Assembly: GCA_905331485.1 (NCBI GenBank)
Contig: CAJNYT010002283.1
Span: 1-9,565 of the forward strand
Origin: Rotaria socialis
Taxonomy: Eukaryota
Length of the DNA stretch: 9,565 nucleotides
Direction of reading: 5' to 3'
Below, piece after piece: positions 1-7,198 of this stretch. The notes below the pieces were generated by a model, which did no database searches, had not been told where the DNA came from, and saw only the letters and a program-made list of their open reading frames with translations. A program made the position numbers and the translations under genes. Position 1 is the first letter of the stretch, and the number at the start of each line of letters is the position of its first letter.

Positions 1-525
1 ATTCGTGATAAATATGAAAAAATTCAAGATGAACAAATGCGTCGTCTTGTCGAAATGAACCTTGCCTATATTGAACATTATGAAGCATCGAATCTTGATC
101 AACTCTCAGTTAAATCATATTCGAAATCGGATGGTGGTATTAAAACATGTGATCTTACTCTTCCTATTGGATTAGGTACTTTTATGCAACAGATAGTTGA
201 ACGAAATCCTCTACCTATTCAATTAAATACTATCGTGACAAATATTGATATTCCAAATGATAAGAACGAACCTATCCGTATAACTAAAAAAGACAATCGT
301 CATTGTTTAACGAAACATGCTCTGATCACAATTTCGCTTGATTGTTTAAAAGCAAGTTCAATTCAGTTTACTCCACCATTACGCGATTGGAAACAAAATG
401 CTATTGGTCAAATCGGTGTAGATGTGGGAATCACTATCAGTCTGAAGCATGAGCCGACATACTCACCCCAAAGTATTTTTCACATGCAGTGCAAAAGTAT
501 TTTGCTGGAGGTTTGCTACAAATGA
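1..525 (+). CDS. Flavin-containing amine oxidase / polyamine oxidase-like protein fragment, open at the left window edge; true exon end may be near 410-425
   Basis: Frame 1 is open from base 1 (IRDKYEKIQDEQ-MRRLVEMNLAYIEHYEASNLDQLSVKSY...LPIGLGTFMQQIVE...CLTKHALITISLDCLKASSIQFTPPLRDWKQNAIGQIGVDVG). The blocks 'G(y)G.f...v', 'hALITISLDCLKASSIQFTPPLRDWKQNAI' match the typical amine oxidase pattern 'd.viVtvPLgvLk...i.F.PpLp.wK..AI..lg'. Similarity fades after GVDVG, so the last ~35 codons may be intron or degenerate sequence. Confidence 0.72.
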   Translation: MRDKYEKIQDEQMRRLVEMNLAYIEHYEASNLDQLSVKSYSKSDGGIKTCDLTLPIGLGTFMQQIVERNPLPIQLNTIVTNIDIPNDKNEPIRITKKDNRHCLTKHALITISLDCLKASSIQFTPPLRDWKQNAIGQIGVDVGITISLKHEPTYSPQSIFHMQCKSILLEVCYK

Positions 526-829
526 GACACAAATTTAGTTCGTTTTCTTTTGCCATTTATTATTAGAAGAAAACCATTCGTATTATGAAATTTATTTTGA
601 AAATATCATTATCTAAAATAAGAATGCGCATATGCGTGTGCTGAAATACACGAAGAACACTCACAACATAATGTTAAATACAAAGAAATAAAAACATATG
701 GATGAATTTTTATGAATGTAAATTAGTCATGCTGATATGCATTTATTTCCATGTACTACAAATAATTTCGTAGAAGCGACTTGACAGTTAATCAAAATGT
801 GATTGAATTCAAACTAAATATTCTATTAA

Positions 830-1709
830 GGGAGGACCCCCCCTCAGAAAATCGATTTTGAGAAAAGCACATATACTGAGAGCCCAAAGTATCCTTTTTC
901 AGATTATGCGCAATTTGTCCCATTTTGAATGGTTTTTGGCGGTGAAAATGGCGTTTTTCTGGAAGCAGTAGTAAAAATATAAGGTTTTTTCAGAAATTTT
1001 TCTTAATTGTGGGGATGTGATATGGGTCCATAAACTGGTAGATTTTATCTAATGAGAAACAGGTATGCGTTCTGTTATATTAATAAATTAGTGGAACGTA
1101 GTCATTTCTGCTTAAAATCCTATACATATGACGAAATTGCTGTATAGATGACGTGACAGTCATAGTGAAAGTAAAAATTGTTTCATACAACTTGTTGATT
1201 GGTTTTCTCAAAATCACTTTTTTGGAGAGTTCGGAACCGATTTCTCAGACTGTGTAAGAGCTAGCGAGCTACTTTTTATTTTAAATAAAAGAAGAGACCT
1301 ATATCTAGAAATGCACGTAGCGTTTTTTGGAAATGCGATTTTTTTGCAGAGATTACTGGATAACACTGATGTCAAAAAGCTCTAAATTCCGAGTTCTTAC
1401 AGTAAAATGTCTCGGATATCCGAACAAAATCGAATTTCGAAAAAACGGTATGTACATTTCTAGACATAGGTTTTTTCTTTTATTTGAAATAAAAACTAGC
1501 TCTCTAAGTCTTTGGCAGTTCGAGAAATCGGTACCTTACGAGAACCACCGTTTTGGGCACTAATTTGTCAATAACTCTTTAAAGCAAAAAATTGATGGGC
1601 CAAGACTTTGCAAGGAATTGAGTTAACGCAACACCCATATTGCCTAAAAATTTCAGACAAATCGGTCCAGGAATAACGAAAATCGATTCCTGAGGGGGGG
1701 GGGAGCCCC
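830..1709. mobile_element. Non-autonomous DNA transposon (880 bp) flanked by TTAA target duplication, with terminal inverted repeats and an internal long palindrome
   Basis: TTAA at 826-829 and 1710-1713. Left end GGGAGGACCCCCCCTCAGAAAATCGATTTT; reverse complement of right end GGGGCTCCCCCCCCCCTCAGGAATCGATTTTCG. No transposase ORF. Confidence 0.85.
1205..1563. repeat. Internal imperfect long inverted repeat inside the TTAA element (arms about 1205-1350 and 1418-1563, centre about 1384)
   Basis: Left GAGCTACTTTTTATTTTAAATAAAAGAAGAGACCTATATCTAGAAATGCACGTAGCGTTTTTTGGAAATGCGATTTT versus reverse complement of right GAGCTAGTTTTTATTTCAAATAAAAGAAAAAACCTATGTCTAGAAATGTACATACCGTTTTTTCGAAATTCGATTTT; also ACCGATTTCTC 1236-1246 / GAGAAATCGGT 1522-1532 share the same centre. 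Confidence 0.8.
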
Positions 1710-1711
1710 TT

Positions 1712-2224
1712 AACGCCTATGTTCAAGCGAAAGAAATTCTTTCTGGTTGTGAATTTTCTATACTTGATTCTAGTGAAGAACTTATATCTTTCGAAGAAGT
1801 AAATCAGATAGTGTACAAGAAGTTAACAAAATCGAAATGTAAAATATCTAAAAAGAAAACTAGTGCATCAAACAAAGTTGAAGAAGAAGAGGAAATCGAA
1901 AACGAATTTGATGATGACGATAAGAATGAGGAACAACATCAACTCGACAAGCGTTATAGTGAAAATAACACCACGAATGAAGACGAAGAATCAATGCTAA
2001 TCGACGAATTTGACTTTGATGTTCTTCCAGAAGTGTCTAGTTCCACCGTCAATGGAATGCGTATATTTGATTCTATTGATAACTGTCAAAATGAATCTTT
2101 CTTTTCTGTGGAAGTCAATGGCCAGAAAAAATACTTGCATAAGCAAACAGCCAATTAGTATTTTTCTAAAACTAAACCTATTTTGTCGTCTGATAGACTA
2201 AAGAGGGTTCAAGAGAAAAAATAA
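1712..2224 (+). pseudogene. Acidic, low-complexity protein-coding remnant interrupted by an in-frame TAG (2156-2158); its 5' side is cut by the TTAA element
   Basis: Frame 2 reads NAYVQAKEILSGCEFSILDSSEELISFEEVNQIVYKKLTKSKCKISKKKTSASNKVEEEEEIENEFDDDDKNEEQ...FFSVEVNGQKKYLHKQTAN-TAG-YFSKTKPILSSDRLKRVQEKK-TAA. The post-TAG segment is well formed and continues the same domain-like sequence. Confidence 0.55.
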
Positions 2225-2470
2225 TTTTTTTTTGTTTGTTTTATTCCATGTTATATTACTTCTAAAAGAAAAATAAATAACAGAGCCATCTATTTCTATG
2301 CTTCTGACAAGAAAATGATGTGCAGTTCACCGTGCATTTATAATGAATGGATTCGATTCAAAGCAAGGGGAGCAAACTAATTTATTGATTTCTAGTGATT
2401 TATTGTGATTCCCCGTGACTTTTAAGATTAGAAATCAATTTCTTCCGCCTGCAGACTTCAACTTGATAGC

Positions 2471-2600
2471 TCACCTTAACACAAAAAAAATCACTTTAAA
2501 TCACTTTAAATCATTTTAAATCAAATAAATCACTTTAAATCAAAAAAATCACCTTAACTGACAAAAATCACCTTAACTCACGAAATCATAAATCACCTTT
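2471..2600 (+). repeat. Degenerate ~10-nt tandem repeat, consensus TCACTTTAAA / TCACCTTAAC
   Basis: TCACTTTAAA TCACTTTAAA TCATTTTAAA TCAAATAAA TCACTTTAAA TCAAAAAAA TCACCTTAAC tgacaaaaa TCACCTTAAC, directly abutting the 2612 transposon end region. Confidence 0.8.
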
Positions 2601-2611
2601 TCCCCCTTGCC

Positions 2612-3715
2612 CAGCGGCGTAACCAGGATTTTTAGACCACTGGGCAAACTTCCATTAAGTCAAAAAAAAACCATGGGCAAAACTGGCAAGATTTTCATTG
2701 ATGGGCCAAATTTTTCAACCCAACAAAGTATTGATAACGTAGAAAAAGCACAAAAAAATAAAATAAAATGATGTTCATTTAACTACACAAAAAAGTATGA
2801 GATTCTTTTAATCTAATATATATGAAATGAAACTCAAATTTTAAGCCTTCCTCAGACTTGTTGAGTTAGAAATATTTTATTCTATCTTCAGTCTCTATTT
2901 ATAACATTTGGTTTTGAAATTCAAACATCAAAATCAAGACGAAGATTGTATATTTTTACATATAATTTCAATATTTCAAAGAAAAGTGATGACTTAATAA
3001 CGTATTGGCACTGGCGGATCCACCATTACAGCTAACCGGCGAGGGGAACCCCTTCACGAATTTTTTTGATTTTTCCCAGCAAAAATGAAACAGAAAAGAG
3101 TCGTATTGCCTCAAACAGGCTTCAAAAAAAGACTTTTTGACCAGGAGTGCTACCCCCTTACTGAGTTTCTGGATCCGCCACTGCGTATTGGGTCATTTTC
3201 CAGTTGGCATGGCTCAGTATTAGTCTTTTAAAACAGGACAAAAGAGAACAACAAAATGATAAGTGTAAGTGCGCAATTTTATATAAGCATATTTGCTCTT
3301 GTTCTTTTCCTTTTTTCTTTAGGCTTTTCTTATAATATAGTAGCGCGAAAGAAGAAATAAGACGGTAAACTGGACGAGATAGGTTATAGTTCAATCGTTT
3401 TCTTTTCAAGTCAGCATTTTGAGAGAAGATAATAGAAGAGAACAAGTATACATATAGATACGTATGCACAATTATGCGTTGGTCATTTTTTTTTGTTTTG
3501 TTTTCTTCTATTAATTCTTCATAAGAATAAGGAGAGGATAGATATGCGATTCAAACGAAAGAAAAAAGACAGTATCCAGTTTATTCAAAAGTAAATAATT
3601 GTGAAAAAGTAAAATTTCACTGGGCAAAAATTAACTAATGAAAATTACAATGGGCAAGGCTCAAAATGAAATGGGCAATTGCCCATTTGCCTCCCCCCCC
3701 CTGGTTACGCCGCTG
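2612..3715. mobile_element. hAT-like non-autonomous DNA transposon (host of a nested MITE)
   Basis: Perfect 16-bp TIR: CAGCGGCGTAACCAGG at 2612-2627 and CCTGGTTACGCCGCTG at 3700-3715. Flanks CCCTTGCC / CCCACACC match at only 5 of 8 positions, so the target duplication is weak. TGGGCAA motifs are clustered just inside both ends. Confidence 0.75.
3009..3183. mobile_element. 175-bp hAT-like MITE nested inside the 2612-3715 element
   Basis: TIR CACTGGCGGATCCA (3009-3022) / TGGATCCGCCACTG (3170-3183), one mismatch; perfect 8-bp target site duplication CGTATTGG at 3001-3008 and 3184-3191. Confidence 0.93.
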
Positions 3716-3738
3716 CCCACACCCACACCCACACACCC
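3716..3738 (+). repeat. Short (CCCACA)3 array plus CACCC, reverse complement of TGTGGG
   Basis: CCCACA CCCACA CCCACA CACCC immediately after the right end of the hAT-like element. Confidence 0.85.
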
Positions 3739-3756
3739 TATACTAATCAAATAAAT

Positions 3757-3861
3757 TATTCAACAGGTTATGATTCTCATCCATCTTCAGTTACTACAGC
3801 TGACCTGAATAATGACAATCATATAGATATTATAGTTGCCAATTATGGTATACATTTTTGA
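3757..3861 (+). pseudogene. Isolated FG-GAP / VCBS-like repeat fragment
   Basis: YSTGYDSHPSSVTTADLNNDNHIDIIVANYG matches the FG-GAP/VCBS pattern (tGs.P.sv..aDfNnDgk.Di.vany). Only one repeat, then F-TGA; no flanking repeats recognised. Confidence 0.6.
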
Positions 3862-3978
3862 CATTGTATATAATCGACTTTTTTTTCTTCGACCAAAGTT
3901 GATTTAACATTTATTCAATATTCTTTCCTTCATATTTATTTTTCGATATTTTTTCTTTCGTCGTTTTTATAACCAGCC

Positions 3979-5123
3979 TAGAGACCTGCGGGACAAACTT
4001 TGTCGTGTCCCGAATTTTTTCGAATTGTCCCGTAAAACCCCGTTTGTCCGGTTGACAAAAAAAATGTTTAAATGTTGAGTAGTTCCGTCAAACAAAACAA
4101 AAGACCTTTTCTATCTGATCCATAGGAAAAAAGAGGAAGAGCGAAAATTTGTCGAACAAAAATTGATCGAGAAATTTATAGATAAAAATAAATTCATTTT
4201 TATCAAAAATAGAAACTGGTAGCTCTGAAATTGAGATATGAATTAATACTAACTGTGTTGATACAATTATAGAGTTAGGGTGTGCGTGTGACTATAGGTT
4301 CAGTGGGTCGAAGATCTACACTCACACACCTTGTTGTGCTCGAAGTAAATGTTTATATTGGAGAAAAATAGTACTTTCCCGTTTCCATAATATTTTAGCT
4401 TTTTATGTAACCGACGAAGAATATTTTAATCTAATCATTATTAGATCAGTCAAATCGAGCTTATTGTGATAGATTTTATTTAAAATGTATTGGCTTATTT
4501 GAGGTAATGCATGTCTATAATAACTTCCATATATCTGACACACATATGCTCTCTTGTATATCAGCAGTTTGTCTATCATTGTGAAAATTCTTTTTTTTTC
4601 CATTATTTAACTCATTAATATCAACTACAAGTTCTACTAAGAAAGTTATTTTGTTTTAATTAAATTCGCCTATTTTTCGTATCGGCTAATTTTCGTATGA
4701 ACCAATTAACGTTGATCAATTTTTGTATCGATTAATTTTCATACACTCGAAAAAGCACATATACGTTTATATACAGATAAAATTAATAATTTGTTATTTA
4801 TTGCGAGAAATATGTGAGTTTTAAATGAAATTTATCCTTTAATTGTTGAAGTGTCTAAAGGAAGAAAACTCAACACTTTCTGTAACACCAGAAAAAAATT
4901 AAATTGACTGCAGAAAGTCAATAATTATATGAAGAAACAGCTGGAAAAGATAATGATGATGAACAGTTTTCAGCACATCTTCCAATATTTCTTTTTTCTG
5001 CTTTCCATTTAAACATTAACATGTTTGTTACAAATAAAAAGTTTAAAGTGCATCACACGTTTTTAAGAAATGATTTTAAAATTCGGGACACGGAATGTTT
5101 TCGAATTGTCCCGCAGGACTCTA
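3979..5123. mobile_element. hAT-like non-autonomous DNA transposon (1145 bp)
   Basis: Left end TAGAGACCTGCGGGACAA...GTGTCCCGAATTTT; reverse complement of right end TAGAGTCCTGCGGGACAATTCGAAAACATTCCGTGTCCCGAATTTT. Flanks AACCAGCC (3971-3978) and ATCCAGCC (5124-5131) form an 8-bp duplication with one mismatch. No transposase ORF. Confidence 0.87.
4668..4744 (+). repeat. Degenerate ~16-nt tandem repeat
   Basis: CGCCTATTTTTCGTAT / CGGCTAATTTTCGTAT / gaaccaattaacgtt / GATCAATTTTTGTAT / CGATTAATTTTCATAC. Confidence 0.6.
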
Positions 5124-5188
5124 ATCCAGCCATATCATAAGATAAAGTTGGTTGGTGAAGAAGCTAAAAATAAATATTTAAATGTGCA

Positions 5189-5581
5189 TACCACGTTACT
5201 GTGAAACGCATTTTAGATTTTATTCAAAAGTCATTTATAAAAAATACGTGATCTGTTAACGAGTATCACTCAGAAGCATCACAAGAATGAGAGATAAAGT
5301 AAAAGTTATATGTATTAAACAGACAGAAAAAGAAAGAAAGAATGTATGGAAAGAAAAAAGAATACATATTTTTTCGGAAGTAAAAAACCCACATATTTTT
5401 TAAAATATCTGTTTTTTTCACATACATTCTTTTGTTCTTTTTCTATCTATTTAATACTTGTAACTTTTACTTTATCTCTCATTCTCCTGATGAGGAGGAG
5501 CGACATTCGTCGACAGGTCATGTATTTTTTTATAAATGATTTTTAAGTAAAATTCAAAATGTATTTAGTATTAGTGTAGTA
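5189..5581. mobile_element. Foldback (palindromic) MITE-like element with TA at both symmetric ends
   Basis: Core arms 5286-5348 and 5421-5483 are 57/63 identical as inverted repeats (AATGAGAGATAAAGTAAAAGTTA...AAAGAATGTATG). Similarity continues outward (TCATTTATAAAAAATAC, CTGTYRACGA, CATTTT) to TACCAC at 5189 and GTAGTA ending at 5581. Confidence 0.75.
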
Positions 5582-6132
5582 TCACTGATTTTTATATACC
5601 AATGCTTATGAGAGAATCACCCGAGGTGTAACGCTCCATTTTAGTTCATTTATATCTCATTCAATCGAATATATTGAGATAGTGAAAAATCTAAAGAGAT
5701 TTCTGCCCATGACTCCTTCTTCAAAAGTTATGGTCATTTTACCGAATGTTCAACCCATACCTAGGCATTGACCGAAACAATCAAATTACAGACTTTTGAC
5801 CTGAAAGGGAGGTGTCAAAAGTCATCGAGTTTTTTCCACTCTGGAAACATTATAAAATGAAAGTACCTGAATAGTATATATCGGTTTTGATATTGGTTTA
5901 TTAAGATCTCGTCTCTTTTATGGACAAGAGTTTAAGGAATGTCAAAATCTTTTAAGAGAATGCCGTGGTCCCCCTCAAGAATATCAGAAAAACTTATTTC
6001 CAAATTTTGACTTGAAACTTTGCATAGAGATAGGTCTTAACGAGAATATTTTATTGTGAAAGTTTCAGATCGTTTTGTTGTTCCTATCCTAAAATACAAA
6101 CATTCATTCTGTCTGGGTATATGAGCAATGTA

Positions 6133-6944
6133 CTTAGGGTTATCCAAAAGTAATGACGGAGGTACTTTTCTTCTTATAGAATGCTTGAAAAAATTTTCTT
6201 TTTTGATGAACAGATGAAGCGTCTTTTGCTCTATTTTTCTATGTTATTTGATTACCATTCAAGTAATATCATAATAATAAAATTTCGATAAGAATTGCTT
6301 TTGTTGAAAACTCGCTGGTAGCATTTAGATTATAATGAGTGTGGCATAAAAAATGGGGCACTTTTGCATTTCATTTTATCATCATCTAATACGTTGTATT
6401 AAAAGAACCAAATATACCGCAAGATGCAGCGTGAAAAGCTCTAGAATCTCTAAAGGACCGCTTATTTTATAGTTGCACTTTTTGTTTTCAAAATGGACAA
6501 AACTCTGAGCGACCAACTTTTGACGTGGCGAAAACGAGATTGTTTTTTGACAAAAGACGAATTTGGTTCTTTCTATCTCATTTTTTTATAATTGTTCTTT
6601 GTAAATTGTAGAGCTTTCCAGGTTGCATCTTGTAGTATATTTTGTTTTTTAAAAGAAAACATATCAGATAATAAAAAGATGAGATAGGAAAAATCGAATT
6701 CGTCTTTGACCAGAAAACAATCTCATTTTCGGAACGTCGAAGTTTAGTCGTTCAGAATTTTGTCCATTTTTCAACAAAAACAATTCTTAGCGTAATTTTA
6801 TTATTATGATATTAGTTGAATAGCGATCAAGTAGCATAGAAAAATAGAGCGAAAGATGTTCTATCTGTTCATAAAAAAGGAAAATTTTTTCAAGCTTTTT
6901 ATAAAAAAAAAGTAACTCCGCCACTACTTTTGGATAATCCTAAG
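6133..6944. mobile_element. Mariner-like non-autonomous foldback element (812 bp)
   Basis: TA at 6131-6132 and 6945-6946. Left CTTAGGGTTATCCAAAAGTAATGACGGAGGTACTTTT; reverse complement of right CTTAGGATTATCCAAAAGTAGTGGCGGAGTTACTTTT. This resembles mariner ends of the TTAGG...CAAAAGTAAT..CGG type. Arms extend ~180 bp (CTCTATTTTTCTATG..., AATATCATAATAATAAAATT). No transposase ORF. Confidence 0.87.
6484..6777. repeat. Secondary inverted duplication inside the mariner-like element
   Basis: 6484-6581 (TTCAAAATGGACAAAACTCTGAGCGAC...GAGATTGTTTTTTGACAAAAGACGAATTTGG...CTATCTCA) and 6680-6777 are inverted copies (reverse complement ...AAAAATGGACAAAATTCTGAACGAC...GAGATTGTTTTCTGGTCAAAGACGAATTCG...CTATCTCA). 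Their centre differs from the outer-arm centre. Confidence 0.8.
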
Positions 6945-6958
6945 TATATTGCATATTA

Positions 6959-7106
6959 GTTTAATGAAGCTGAAGAATATACGTGAGTTCCGCATTTCAG
7001 TCCCAAAGGGACTGCACTAACAAGCTTTTACTCATTAGAATAATGAAACTTAGGATATATGAGTTTCACATTTCATTTTCAACGGAGCTCCGCTAACAAG
7101 TTTTTC
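6959..7106 (+). repeat. Two diverged direct copies of a ~70-bp unit (period ~78)
   Basis: TTTAATGAAGCTGAAGAATATACGTGAGTTCCGCATTTCAG...CTAACAAGCTTTT versus ATAATGAAACTTAGGATATATGAGTTTCACATTTCATT...GCTAACAAGTTTTT. Confidence 0.7.
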
Positions 7107-7198
7107 TTTTTAGAAAAAATGTCAGGCATTGGCCAACTTAAATCCGATGTAATCCGATACAAAAATATACCTATTGAAAACTCTTTTGTTTTATTTAG

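Noticed and set aside
1327-1563. 78-aa ORF
   Set aside because: Coincides with the internal palindrome of the TTAA element; no protein-like pattern, no transposase motif.
2010-2201. 63-aa ORF (MTLMFFQKCLVPP...)
   Set aside because: Overlaps the acidic coding frame (frame 2) in another frame; the frame-2 reading is more protein-like.
3158-3469. 103-aa minus-strand ORF
   Set aside because: Lies inside the hAT-like element and overlaps the nested MITE's right end; composition is low-complexity and Leu/Ser/Tyr-rich; no recognisable family.
4403-4603. 66-aa minus-strand ORF inside the third hAT-like element
   Set aside because: Too short and no hAT transposase (dimerisation/BED) signature.
5480-5525. 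CTGATGAGGAGGAGCGACATTCGTCGACAGGTC looks like a hammerhead ribozyme core start (CUGAUGAG)
   Set aside because: No GAAA(C) core element follows at the expected place and no convincing stems I/III; the segment is explained as part of the foldback element's right arm, with a diverged counterpart at ~5245-5280.
5346-5546. 66-aa ORF rich in F/Y/L
   Set aside because: Crosses the loop and right arm of the foldback element; hydrophobicity is explained by T-rich sequence.
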